Positions 28,001 through 41,037 of a stretch of 64,000 nucleotides of DNA are shown in pieces. The translations under genes were made by a program, and so were the position numbers. The DNA lies in NCBI GenBank assembly GCA_964016885.1, contig OZ024741.1, positions 169,632,001 through 169,696,000 on the forward strand. Reading direction: 5' to 3'. Below the pieces are notes generated by a model. It did no database searches and was not told where the DNA came from. It saw nothing but the letters and a program-made list of their open reading frames with translations. The DNA is from Eledone cirrhosa (Eukaryota). Positions within the stretch are counted from its first letter, which is position 1, and each line of letters begins with the position of its first letter.

Positions 28001-31000
28001 GTTATTAAATATACCACGAAGGGCAGTGATCAGGCAATGTTTGGAGTGAACAGGGAAGATGAGATAATACAGTATTTAACAGAAAGATATATCGGTCCTT
28101 CAGAAGCTGTTGCCTTGGTACTTGGATTTCCAATTCATGAGAGAACCGGCCGTAGTTCGCCCTCAAGTTCATCTACCTGAGACGACTCTGACTGAGTTCA
28201 TGGATCTTTGCGATCGCGATCCGTTTGCAAAAACATTGTATTATGCCGATGTGCCAAAGTTTTACACTTGGAGTAATAAGAGATGGGAAAGGAGAAAGGT
28301 GGGGAAAACAGTTGAGCAGTATCCAGGGATTTTTGAGGCGAACGTTTTGGGACGAGTATACACTGTTTCTCCACGAAGTGGTGACCTGTATTATTTAAGA
28401 CCCCTTCTGCATCACGTCAAAGGGCCAGTATCCTTCAACTCTTTGAAAATGTGTGATGGAGAACTCCTGCCATTATTCAAAGGCGTCTGCAGAGAGAAAG
28501 GTTTGCTTCAATCGGATGATCATTGGCAGCAGACTCTGGAAGATGCTGAGCGAACAAGGCTTCCCAAAGCCATGAGAGATCTATTCATCGTGCTCCTCAC
28601 AAATACGGAAATTGACAATTCCAGTGCTTTATGGGTTCGATTTAAGCATTCGCTGTCTGAGGATTACCCTCAAATAGAAAAAGGGGCTACCAGAAACTCT
28701 AACCTTTTTATTAGCCAGAGACACTATGATCAATGTCTTCTGTATTTTGAAGATAAACTTAACGACCTGGGCAAAAGTCTTAGTGACTTTAACTTGCCAA
28801 GGCCAAATAATATTGTTGCTAATCAGGATATTGGCAATTTGGAGTTATTGCATGAATTGCAATACAGCAGAGAAGAGCAGCGACGATTTGTAGACGAGAC
28901 GGAGCCTCTATTGAATAGTGAACAAAAGCACGTGTATGACTTCGTTTGTAACAGATTAGAGACGAACACATCTGCATTGATTTTCATTGACGCTCCAGGT
29001 GGAACAGGAAAGACATTCCTGATTAACTTAATTCTTTCAAAAGTCAGGGGAAACGGCGACGTGGCTATTGCTGTTGCGTCATCTGGCATAGCCGCAACAC
29101 TGATGCCTGGTGGAAGAACAGCGCATTCTAGATTAAAAATACCGATAGTAGTGAAAGAAAATGGTCTGTGCAACATTGATAAAAACTCAAAGACGGCAAA
29201 CCTCTTCCAGCATACAAGGCTGATTGTTTGGGATGAGTGTCCTATGATTCGGTGGGAAAGCTTCGAAGCTGTTGACCTCACTCTGCGACATATGCGACAA
29301 CAATGAGGCATTCGGTGGAATTTTGACAATTTGCTGTGGCGATTTCCGTCAGCTTCTTCCGGTAGTGAAAAGGGGAAATGAAGCGGACGTGGAAAACGCC
29401 TGCATTAAAAAATCCTACTTATGGCGAAGCTTCAAAAGATTTCAGTTGAAGACAAACATGCGATTGGGTGGGGGAGCAGGAGACTATTCACAGTTCCTAT
29501 TGGATATTGGAGAAGATAAGATAATGAGGAAATTATTTTGCCAAAAGAAATGGTTCTCCAAGCAACAACTATGGAAGAATGTATTGATTTCATCTACCCC
29601 TCATTCGACAATCCAGCTGAAGTGTTTTCGAACAATTGCATATTAGTACCTCTCAATGAAATGATGAGAAGCATCAATTCTACCTGTATCAGACGCTTCC
29701 CTGGAACCATAAAAGAGTACCGATCCTATAATTCTGTGAGTGATGGTGCCAATGCCACTCATTTCCCGACTGAATTCCTTGATTCGGTTGAACTATCAGG
29801 ACTGCCACCACATAACCTGGAATTGAAAAAAGGATCGCCAATAATTCTCATGAGAAACTTGAATCCTCCAAGGCTTTGTAATGGAACGCGCATGATCGTG
29901 GAAGAACTGCACGACAATCTCATAGTAACAAGAATCAACACTGCTGCTTTCAGAAATGAGATCGTTATGATACCTAGAATAAGAATTAATCTATCCGAAG
30001 GTGAGGATATCCCTTTGCAGCGAAGCCAATTCCCAGTTCAATCGTGCTTCGCTATGACTATTCATAAAGCACAAGGACAAACTATGGAAAACCTCTTGGT
30101 TTATCTGGAACGACCTGTATTCCAACACGGTCAACTATATGTAGCCCTTAGCCGCGGAAAACGAAAAGAAAATGTCAGAGTGTTTCTGAAGGATACCCAG
30201 TCAACTAAGAATGTTGTCATCAAAAGCATCTTTTGAACAAACTGTAACAGCGTAAATATGAGAAAATGTTGATTCCGATGTCAGAAAATGAAAGGAAAAG
30301 GAAAAACTAAGACAAGTAAGAATAATTTCTTTCAAATTTTTGTAAATAAAACCAGCTTTTCATTAACATTGCAACTTTTTAAGCAGAAAAATCTTTCAGA
30401 ACAAACAGTCAAGCATCCATAGAGATATAGAAAAACGAATTTTGAAGTGGAGTGATTGGATAGCTATTAGTGAAAAATGATTTGATATTTTCTTTGTGAA
30501 AAATACTTGTGAATAATACAGTGAAAAGACAAGTTTCGCGTAAATCGGACCACGGGATCCCGAGATACGCGGGTTTTTTCGGGTACCCTTATAAATAACC
30601 AAATCAGCGCATAATGGGAACATTCTTTGAAAGTAAGGTACCATTGAAATGTGAATACAAACGCAGATAGTGGTTGTGAGAGAGAGAGAGAGGGAGAGAG
30701 CTGGTGGTGTTGTTGAATGAAATTATGACTGGTGACTTCAAAGAATCGAATACAGCATTACTGTATCTAGCTTGAATTTGGTGACTGAATATTAAGTTAT
30801 ATGTATCTTATAACTTGTGTTAGGACAGGATGTATGTGTGTGTGTGTCTGTAAACAGTGTATATAGGCCACATACACCCACACACACAAACATATATATA
30901 TATATATATACACGTACATATACACACACACATACACGTATATATATTGGCTTTCCAATGTCATTTTACATTATATACATTTTGTGTATATTTTAATTAT

Positions 31001-31051
31001 TTAAAAATTAATTTTAAGTGAACATGACGCAACGGGTCACGGGTGGTCTAG
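24321..31051 (+). mobile_element. Helitron (rolling-circle transposon), autonomous-type structure
   Basis: 5' A|TCTATATACTACTAAAA; 3' hairpin TGACGCAACGGGTCA followed by CTAG|T; encloses the RepHel coding region. Confidence 0.9.
25826..30236 (+). pseudogene. Helitron Rep/PIF1-helicase (RepHel), broken by about 5 frameshifts and a stop
   Basis: N-terminal 23-aa STPR-like repeats. Rep motifs FTTMTCNPNWPE, YQKRGLPHVHCLLW (HUH), YVIKYTTKG. PIF1 motifs DAPGGTGKT, VWDECPM, GDFRQLLPV, FAMTIHKAQGQT, GQLYVALSR. Confidence 0.93.
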
Positions 31052-31399
31052 TATATTACTAAAAGTCTGTGATTGCTTGTTTGCTTGCTTGTCTGTAATA
31101 TAATATGGCTAAAAGGGCGCATAATGGGAAAATACTTTGAAAGAAAGTTGACCCTGAAATGGGAATACAAATGAAATAAAACAAGTTTCATGTAAATCGG
31201 ACCACGGGTTCCCGAGATATGAGGCTTTTCCAGGTACCTTCATAAACAGAGAGAGAGAGAAGGACAGATAGAAAGAGATAGTGGTTGTGAGAGAGTAGAT
31301 TGAGAGAGAGACATAGAGAGAAGGAGAGAGAAGGAGACAGAGAAGGAGAATGGAAGAGAGAGAGAGAGAGAGCCGGTGGAGTTGTTGTGTATACATATA

Positions 31400-31430
<31 letters not shown>

Positions 31431-31468
31431 CTATGGATAGTGTATATAGATTACATACACCCACATAT

Positions 31469-31558
<90 letters not shown>

Positions 31559-32393
31559 TGGCTGCCAACTCGTTTTCGAGTACGGCCACTACTTTATATC
31601 CATGTAGGAGAACCCCTACTGATGCGCTGAACAAGTGTGACTTTTTAATCCAGCCAGCGACTTGAAAACTCTGGTACAAACACTACACTTGTGACAATTA
31701 TTGACACATAGTGCTGGGCCCATGGTACCATGTGACGACAAGTGCAGAGAGATCTCCAGATATAAAGCAATGCCTGTGCCGTGAAGCTTTTATAGTGAGC
31801 AAAGGCACTGCACAAAGCCAGTCCCACTCTCTTAACCAAGATGATATTTACCAAAAAGAAGAACAAGTCAACATCATTGGATACCATCAGGGTTGCAGGT
31901 GTTATATCAGAGTTTTCCTTCTCCTAGAATTCTGCCTTGACAAAGGCTAAGGGGTCATCTCTCCCAGTGATTTTGGATGGCCATTGACTCTAAAGAGCTC
32001 CTTTGCCCTTTGACAGGTTTTGTTTTTAGTCCTGCAGGATGTCCAAAGTCACCCTCCTCACCAAGAAACCTTGGTGGGGTTGCCAGTTTAGTCGCCAACG
32101 ACCCGACCATGGGACAGGTTGTACTGGGATATATGTTACCAGTAGCACCAACTGGTGACCTGACATATATGTATGTATACATATATGTTTGTATATATAT
32201 ATATATGTATACAAACACACACATTTATATATATATACATACACACACGTATATATGTGGGCCTTCCAGTTTCATTTCACATTATATACATGTCTGTGTA
32301 TATTTTAACTATTTAAAAATCATTTTTAAGTTAACATAATTTTAAAAAAATATTTTGAAGAGAACGTGACCCAACGGGTGACGGGTGGTCTAG
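31052..32393 (+). mobile_element. Non-autonomous Helitron derivative in head-to-tail tandem
   Basis: Begins with a copy of the 5' end (TATATTACTAAAAGTCTGTGATTGCTTG). Ends with GTGACCCAACGGGTGACGGGTGGTCTAG|T. Confidence 0.85.
31557..32165 (-). mobile_element. About 600-bp non-coding dispersed element (RTE 5'UTR-like or SINE); copies at 33748-34278 (+), relatives at 50680-51208, 51220-51410, 51510-51853
   Basis: Near-identical inverted copy at 33748-34278; AGGAGAAGGAAAACTCTGA motif; usually next to (TATG)n. Orientation and family are inferred. Confidence 0.65.
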
Positions 32394-32538
32394 TTAATAT
32401 TTTAAAATGTCTCTATTATTGTTATGTCGACTGTTTTCACTTCGTTTATGCCACCCTTCTTTTATTCTATGGAACCCCTCCCCCCGCCACTGTGTATATT
32501 GTTCGAAGTGTCTTGGACCCTTGTGGTTAATAAACGAA

Positions 32539-32574
<36 letters not shown>

Positions 32575-32690
32575 CTTCTTCTTCTTCTTCTTCTTCTTCT
32601 TCTTCTTCTTCTTCTTCTTCTTCGTCTTGTTGCTGTTGTTGTTGTTGTTGTTGGTGTTGTGGTTGTTGTTGTTGTTGTTCTTCTTCTTCT

Positions 32691-32783
<93 letters not shown>

Positions 32784-33224
32784 CATTAATTACAACAGTT
32801 TTTCTAATCAACTGATTTGTTTACAGATTGTTATAGAAATTTAATTAGTAAAGAAATAATACTTTATTTACACAAATATAACAATATCATTTACAAAACA
32901 TTAAAAGATTTATGTCTAATTATAATTATTCCAGAAAATATTTATAGACAATATTTTCATATTCGTGATGTTTATGCGTCTATATTTGGGGTTGGAGAGA
33001 AAAATTTTTTGTGATCTTTCAAAGTTACTCTCAATTTCAAGATTTCTGTCAATACAAGCATTCATGATTTTTTGGTGATAAGGACGCAGCTTTTCATGCA
33101 TGGATTTGTTGCGGTATTTCTGTGCAATTTTGTTGGGAGTATTTTTCAAAGAGTTTATTTTCAACTCGCATGATGTTATCTGCCTAATGTATTTAGACTT
33201 ATTCTATGTATGTATGTATGTATG

Positions 33225-33745
33225 TTATCTCTTTCTCTTAATTTCGAGTATATTTTTTTTTGACCGGCCACCTTCCTGGTGGCAAGGTTGTAAAAGAAAA
33301 GAAATTGTCATCCCTTGAATCGCAAGAATGTTTTGCAAATTTTGAAGGTACCAGCTATCGCAGCCATTTGTAGACTATGAATTAGGGAGCTGCGCTTTTT
33401 GTCCGCAAATCCAAGTTCAGTCATACTTTGGTCCAAGCGGGTTGGTATATAACCCGTAGCTCCAATAATGATGGGTATGAAGCTAAAGGTGTATCTTGGA
33501 TACTGGATTTGTAAACTCCTCATCAATGGTCCGTAGATGTCCTCCTTCTTCTGTATTTTTCTGACAACGTTTACATCAAGTGGGCAGCTGATCTCCACAA
33601 CAGAACACGTTTTCAATGTGTGGTCCCAAACAACAATATCAGGCCGGTTGTGCTTTAATTTGGTGGCAGTTTTTATTTTCAGGTTCCACCAGTATTCCTT
33701 AGTGCCATCTGTCTCAATATATTATTCCTCGTTTGTTGTTAATTT
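33225..33745 (-). mobile_element. 3' fragment of a second RLE (R4-like) LINE family with a (CATA)n tail
   Basis: KEYWWN..IKTATKLKHNRPDIVVWD...VVEISCPLDVN...FIPIIIGATG. Confidence 0.8.
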
Positions 33746-34295
33746 TGTCGGGTCGTTGGCGATAAACTGGCAACCCCACCAAGGTTTCTTGGTGAGGAGG
33801 GTGACTTTGGACATCCTGCAGGACTAAAAACAAAACCTGTCAAAGGGCAAAGGAGCTCTTAAGAGTCAATGGCCATCCAAAATCACCGGGAGAGATGACC
33901 CCCTAGCCTTTGTCAAGGCAGAATTTTAGGAGAAGGAAAACTCTGATGGTATCCAATGATGTTGACTTGTTCTTCTTTTTGGTAAATATCATCTTGGTTA
34001 AGAGAGTGGGACTGGCTTTGTGCAGTGCTTTTGCTCACTATAAAAGCTTCACGGCACAGGCATTGCTTTATATCTGGAGATTTCTCTGCACTTGTCGTCA
34101 CATGGTACCATGAGCCTAGCACTATGTGTCAATAATTGTCACAAGTGTAGTGTTTGTACCAGAGTTTTCAAGTCGCTGGCTGGACTAAAAAGTCACACTC
34201 GTTCAGCGCATCGGTAGGGGTTCTCCTACATGGATATAAAGTAGTGGCCGTACTCGAAAACGAGTTGGCAGCCACCATGTATGTATGTATGTATT

Positions 34296-34690
34296 CGTGC
34301 TGATGGGCGCTAACGGCACAGATGTACAAGTTGCTCTCGAAAGGGTGCACACTGCAGCCGCCGCTGTTGGTCTGCGAATCAATGCCGCCAAGTCGAAAGT
34401 CATGACGTCACTGGTCTCGCCTGATGCCTGGCAGCCAATATCTCTCGAGGGCGTGGACCTGGAGGATGTGGAGTCCTTCGTTTACCTGGGCTCAACAGTG
34501 GTTCCAACGGGACAGGGCGCAGCCGAGGTCAAGCGTCGCATAGGTGCTGCCAGATCGCTATCTCTAGTGACCTAGCCCGGGACTGTCGTGCGTGGGCTGC
34601 CATGGTTCGGGATGCCGTCAGGACAAGGGAAGAAGCCGGCTCAACCCGTCCAGGGTGAATGTCGACTCAAGTACAAGTACAATTAAGTAT
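34296..34690 (+). mobile_element. RTE-clade LINE 3' end with an internal deletion
   Basis: GLRINAAKSKVM...VESFVYLGS..EVKRRIGAAR, then a terminus with a (CAAGTA)n tail. Confidence 0.8.
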
Positions 34691-34861
34691 GTATGTATGT
34701 ATGTATGTATGTATGTATGTATGTATGTATGTATGCTTAATAATCAGAATAATCAGAAATAAGAATTTCTGTTTTCGCTAAACATTTTTGTTAAATTTGA
34801 TACATTAAGATATTCTCGCTGCAAAAGCACTTGACGACATCCACCCCCACCACCACACACT

Positions 34862-34971
<110 letters not shown>

Positions 34972-35289
34972 CACACATGAACTAGTACAGTTTTCCTTTT
35001 ATACACCTTTCCAGACTTAAGAGTACTTTTTATATATACCGCATCTCATTTCTAGTGTCAGTATCTTTCTCTGTATCCCTGAAGTGAAGGGCCACACCTA
35101 GCATGCGTACAGAAAGTTGTAGAACACTAGTACACGCAGGAATCTGATGTTCATTTTGGTGATGCTCTAATCGTTCGATATTGGCTTGAGCTTGGTTAGT
35201 GCAGTAATTTCCTGTGTGTTTATTGTAAGGATTTCTCTTCTTCTTTTATCATTAATGATGACCGCCAGTTATTTAAACCATTGCACTTT

Positions 35290-36390
35290 CGCTAGTGTTT
35301 GACCTTTTAGAGAGATGTCTGCAATGATGTCGTTAGCGTTTGTTATGAGTTTGGTAGTTTTCAACATACCTTAACACCTCTTCTTTACTACTAACCAAAT
35401 ACGAGTAAGAACCTCTATTTATTAGCTACGTAATCTTTCCCACTTACAACACCTCAACCCCCTACATTCCGCAGTGTACATAGTCTTATGACAATTGCCT
35501 TTGGGTGCAATGCATCATTGTCAACCATTGTCCTTTGCGTTAGCCTGTCCAACTTCTCTATCTCGTTTCAAATTAGTCTCACGATATCTAATTACTCCAG
35601 CATGCCCAGGTTCATCAATCGACTCTATCAGGTAATTCAATCCCACCACTATGTACATGCCTACCTCTCTTCATACTCAGGGTGGCACATTTTACAATAC
35701 CAAACAAACTCAATCCCAATGTCCCAACAACACCAGTGGACAGTTTTGACCAATGAGTCAACCTAAGATTCATTACTAGGATTAACACCATACATACGTT
35801 CATTGAACATGACCATCAGAATCGGGCGGAGAGACGTTATATTTTTAGTCCTTGCACACCATCCGGACCTGGTTATTTCCAGTTGGTTAATTTATTGGCT
35901 TGCTTTTTAAGGGTCTTAACCGATTTTACTCAAATCAGATTGTTGGTGTGCTTGTACATTTTAACGTCTCAGTCCGTTCTGTCCGACTATTAGGCTCAAC
36001 ATCCTGCTCCCACACCCCTCTCCAAAATGTGTTGGTCTGTTCAGTCCCAGAAATAGTTCGTTGCCTCTTCCTTTCCCTGAACATACGGTTTCGTCTATAC
36101 TGGCTAACTCTGCTCTCATATCTTTTAATTTTTGCACATTTGGCTATGACTCGTTGCTTTAGCTCCTCTATTATAACATTTAACCCTTTTCCCTTTGTGT
36201 TGTATTTCCTTGTCAATTCATCCCTAGTATCTATGTTTGTAATGTCCCTTTTAATAAAGACTCAAATTTCCCGATGTTCTTTCTTATATCCTTGACTTGA
36301 CAATTCAACCGTTTCTCCCACCATCTTCTGTTCTTTCTCGCCTGTCTTCCCTCGTTTTGATTCCAAGCAATTTTTTCACCACATTTACGA
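35290..36390 (-). mobile_element. Older deleted copy of the R4/Dong LINE
   Basis: GLNVIIEELKQRVIAKCAKIKRYE..NRMF..FWRGVWEQDVE and NWK.PGPDGV match the 19235-23192 element. Confidence 0.75.
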
Positions 36391-37434
36391 CTGTAAATTA
36401 TAAATATTTCATTATTGTTATTATTATTATTATTGCAATGACGATAATAATAATAATGATGATGATGATGATGATGATGATGACGATTGTGAAAATGACG
36501 ATGATAGTGATGAGGATAATACTAAAAATTTGTTTCAAAAAATAAACACATAATTATTGCATCAACAACTCCAACAGAGTCAATTCTGCGCAATGAAATA
36601 TAACCAGAATCCATTATTGCTGCAGTTATATTTTTTATGACTAATTAAGTATTTAAATGCCGTTCATCTTCCATGAAAACTGCATTAAAACTATCATTAT
36701 TAAATGTTTTCGTCATTAAAAAGACAACACAACAGCATCAATTAATATTGATTATATAGCTGGATTCTCTATTTAATAGTTTTCCTCGTAATTTCTTATT
36801 AAAACTGCATACATCTGGGATTTTAGCTAGTAACATTTTCCCAACAGATGTCGGCTTACAGATGATGTTTGAATTGAACATCAGCCGCATTACTCTTACT
36901 AGTCAGGGAAAGCTTGCAAAGATCATAGCCTCTTTTTGCATTGCTCCTTTCTCCCATGAATTAATAGATTAAGAGAAAACAATAATCTATTTCTAATAAA
37001 ATATTGATTCAGAGGAGCTTTCACACTGTTACTACATCTGTTGCAGATAGAATACAATTGTGTATTTATGTATATATACCCTAACACACACACGCGCGCA
37101 CACACACAAACACACTTAAACACACACACACACACATATATATATTCACTACACAGGTATGCATACGTGCACACACCCAGAGAGAGAGGGAGAAAGAAAG
37201 AGGGAGAGGGAGAGAGAGAGAGAGAACGAGAGAGAGAGAAAGAGAGAGGAGAGAGATAAATAGATAGATATATTTCTTTATTTGCCACAAGGGCGTACAA
37301 AAATGGAACATTACAAGACGTGACAATAATACTTGTTTCTACTTTTGGCACAAGGCCAGCAATTCACCAGTACATTACTGGTACTTTATTTTATCGACCC
37401 CATAAGGATGAAAGGCAAAGTTAACCTCGGCAAC

Positions 37435-37945
37435 AATCGAAACCCCCAATAGGGGGGAACGTTACTGCGGCGGGGTTGTTTTACACCCCGTGGATAGAAC
37501 AACCCTCAAAACCAGGAAGAGGTTATGTAGGTGTTTCCGTCTTCCCTCTGTTCGTTTTCCTCAACCTACAGGTTTATATACAGAGAAGGCCCATTCACTG
37601 GGGTCATTTTCACCACATTCACCCACCTTTCAACGAATTTATTGGGGTGTAGCACCTCTCTTTCCATTCTCACCATCCTTCTGAAGTGGTACTTAAAGAA
37701 CGGGATGAGTTGATGTCCGGAGAGAAAGGTGTTTGCCCTCAGTCCTTTTAACCTCGTCCACCATATTACCTCTTTCACCAGACAGAGGAAAACAGCCTGT
37801 CCTTCATTCTTACGGCGGCGTGATCCTCACGATGGACTCGGCTGACAACTGGATGCGTCCCACACGTGTCAGTAGCTGTTCGACATAATTCCATAGGTCG
37901 GACACCCCGGGGCACTGAACAATTGCGTGCAGGACGGTTTCAATG
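37435..37945 (-). mobile_element. L1/Tx1-clade LINE 3' end
   Basis: ETVLHAIVQCP...LWNYVE (end of the CCHC motif) and KEVIWWTR...F..RW C-terminal pattern. Confidence 0.7.
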
Positions 37946-38117
37946 AAAGGGAGAGAGATAATCAATTTGATTTATATCCACATTACTGTTGGTTTTAGAG
38001 CCGTGATGGTTTTATCAGTGATGGAAGAGAAAAAGTGGTTGTCATATGTTGTAATCATTATCAGCCACAATTGATTGCTTCGAGTCACGATCCAAACTAG
38101 ACTGAATATATTAGGAC

Positions 38118-38467
38118 AATTGTCTCCCGGTATTCGCCGGAGTTACGTTCCTAGAGCACCCGCGAAGAGTGACAAACCGCGAATATTGGACGTAGTTCAT
38201 AAAAATGCCTATACATGTCAAATATAATAAAAAGAGAGGGAGCGTCTTATGCGAAGGGGGGGGGGGGTCCAATATGCCGGCAAATACAGTAAGTTGTTAT
38301 TAATATTTTAGCGTTAAAAATATATATATTGCCACGAATAAAGCCATAAAAAAATCGCGGAAGATATTTACGATTCTGCGAATATGCGGTGGTTTCCACG
38401 AACAATTATTAGTTAGGTTCTATGGAAAATTCCGCGAATAACCGGGACCGCGAATGTCGTGGGTACA

Positions 38468-38472
<5 letters not shown>
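38118..38472. mobile_element. Degenerate Tigger/pogo-like MITE with a nested TIR fragment
   Basis: Right end CCGCGAATGTCGTGGGTACACTG|TA. The left end is an imperfect complement (CCCGGTATTCGCCGG). Internal ATGCCGGCAAATACAGTA. Confidence 0.5.
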
Positions 38473-38506
<34 letters not shown>

Positions 38507-38764
38507 ATATTAAAATATCCTTTACAATTGCTATTGCAAATAAATTCCTATGTATTTTCCTCTTCTAGAAAGTTCCTCGAAGAATATCCCTACATTGGAC
38601 TTAAACAGTGCTTGTTGTATTTTCATGCACTGGATGAGTTTTTATGCACTTGATCGTAAGGAATATTTCTGACAAATTCGTTTGTTCTTTATGGAACAAA
38701 TTTACTAGATATACATAATCATACGCGCATACACACATTTTTACAAACACACTTACACACACAC

Positions 38765-38825
<61 letters not shown>

Positions 38826-38831
<6 letters not shown>

Positions 38832-40430
38832 ATCAAAAGATGGTTAAATGAGTTCCATGTATTTTATTATGCGCATTTCAAAAGCAAATATCATCATGCA
38901 ATAACATTTGTGTTTTCATCAGATAAAATAGGAGGACATGATATGAAGGTTAAAAACACTTGTGGATAGTGCAGTTTTAAATCAACATTGAGGGGGTTGG
39001 GGTTGGAAAGGATGAAAAAGAGGACGAGATGAGTGTAAAAAGTGTAGGGGGAGGAGTATAGTGAGGAAGGATGAGATAGGAGGAGAGATGGGTGATAGAG
39101 AGAGAGAGATAGCTTTCATAACCGAGAAAAATATATTGTTTTACATAGAGAGGTTGAAAAAACCGTTGGAAGATAATGTATAAATTAAAAGAATTTGAAA
39201 ATTAACGAAGAGAAAAATAATGTAAAGTTAAGGTTTGTATATTGAAGGGTTTAATAATATGTGCGATGAAAAGAAATTGTTAATATGTATTAAGAATAAT
39301 ATTTATGGGTTTAATAATATGTGCGATGGAAAGAAAATGTTAATATGTATTAAGAATAATATTTAAGGGTTTAATAATATGTGCGATGGAAAGAAAATGT
39401 TGATCTGTATTATTAAAAAACAGAAGTAATGTAAGTAAGGATATATTGTGAGATGAGCATGAATAAGTTAGATGAAAGGGAGAAAAAAATAATGAATAGA
39501 GGATGAATAATCTAACGTCAAAAAATGTTTATGTTTACGAAGGATTTTTTCAAGATGATATGAAGTAAGAATATGGTGTATTGTGTAATAATTGTTTCTA
39601 TGTTAGGCACAGTGAGAAAAAGGTACAGATTAGGGGTTAGAAATTAGGAGTGATGTAGAATATAATAAATATAATAAATAACTTTGAAATACACCATATT
39701 CTTACTTTATATCACCTTGAAAAAATCCTTCGTAAACATAAATATTTTTTGACGTTAGATCATTCATCCTCTATTCATTATTTTTTTCTCCCTTTCATCT
39801 AACTTATTCATACTCATCTCACAATATATCCTTACTTACATTACTTCTGTTTTTTAATAATACATATCAACATTTTCTTTCCATCGCACATATTATTAAA
39901 CCCTTAAATATTATTCTTAATACATATTAACATTTTCTTTCCATCTCACATATTATTAAACCCTTCAATATACAAACCTTAACTTTACATTATTTTTCTC
40001 TTCGTTAATTTTCAAATTCTTTTAATTTATACATTATCTTCCAACGGTTTTTTCAACCTCTCTATGTAAAACAATATATTTTTCTCAGTTATAAAAGCTA
40101 TCTCTCTCTCTCTATCACCCATCTCTCCTCCTATCTCATCCTTCCTCACTATACTCCTCCCCCTACACTTTTTACTCTCATCTCCTCCTCTTTTTCATCC
40201 TTTCCAACCCCCACTCAAAATTTTTTTTCTCAATATCACACATCAATCTAAAACTAATTTTCATATGTTGATTTAAAACTGCACTATCCACAAGTGTTTT
40301 TTAACCTTCATATCATGTCCTCCTATTTTATCTGATGAAAACACAAATGTTATTGCATGATGATATTTGTTTTTGAAATGCGCATAATAAAATACATGGA
40401 ACTCATTTAACCATCTTTTGATCTTATATA
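38826..40430. mobile_element. Large fold-back (about 750-bp arms, about 105-bp spacer) of an HHR-bearing PLE-like terminus (family E)
   Basis: 38826-39582 is the reverse complement of 39688-40430 apart from a few indels. Confidence 0.85.
40326..40392 (+). ncRNA. Type I hammerhead motif (family E); antisense copy at 38862-38928
   Basis: TTTTAT-CTGATGA-AAACACAAATGTTATT..GATGATATTTGTTTTT-GAAA-TGCGCA-TA-ATAAAA. Confidence 0.78.
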
Positions 40431-40762
40431 TTATGTATACTCCAGTCCTACAAACTGTAGAGTGCTTCTTATCCGATATCTGCATTGCTTTATTGTACTA
40501 CAATAAAACTCACCTCCTACATATATATATATATATATATATATTGTTAATACTGTAAATAAACCCTTTTTGTACAGCCGACCATTTTATTCTTCATTCT
40601 TTTATTATATATATATATAATAAAAGAATGAAGAATAAAATGGTCGGCTGTACAAAAAGGGTTTATTTACAGTATTAACAATTGTTTCATTAATCAGGTA
40701 AGTCTAAGTAGGTCAAATATATATATATATAGAAAAACCACAAACCCTCCATCTCAATTCTA

Positions 40763-40799
40763 CTTTTGAAAAGCACAAGAAGTGCGAAACCGGTAAAAG
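40763..40799 (+). ncRNA. Minimal hammerhead-like motif, U3-A8 variant
   Basis: TTGAAAA-GCAC AAGAA GTGC-GAAA-CCGG-TA with weak stem I. A decayed relative lies on the minus strand at about 6272-6306. Confidence 0.5.
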
Positions 40800-40856
40800 A
40801 ACCAAATAAATATTTAAAAAAAGACTCTAGTTGCATTTTCGATTTCATCTTTTTTC

Positions 40857-40905
<49 letters not shown>

Positions 40906-40972
40906 ATCTATATATATATATATATTATATTATATATTATATTATATTATATTATATTATATTATATTATAT

Positions 40973-41037
<65 letters not shown>

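Noticed and set aside
32830-33200. 82-aa minus-strand ORF as a host exon or TE N-terminus
   Set aside because: No recognisable motif; AT-rich and unassignable without a search.
33748-33810. Twister ribozyme suggested by TAAA...GAGGAGGG
   Set aside because: The conserved P4 loop and pseudoknot partners could not be found by eye.
40545-40682. Inverted repeat as another head-to-head fold-back
   Set aside because: The arms appear tail-to-tail around a central TA tract (family also at 7810-7890), so it is an exception and is not counted toward the polarity rule.
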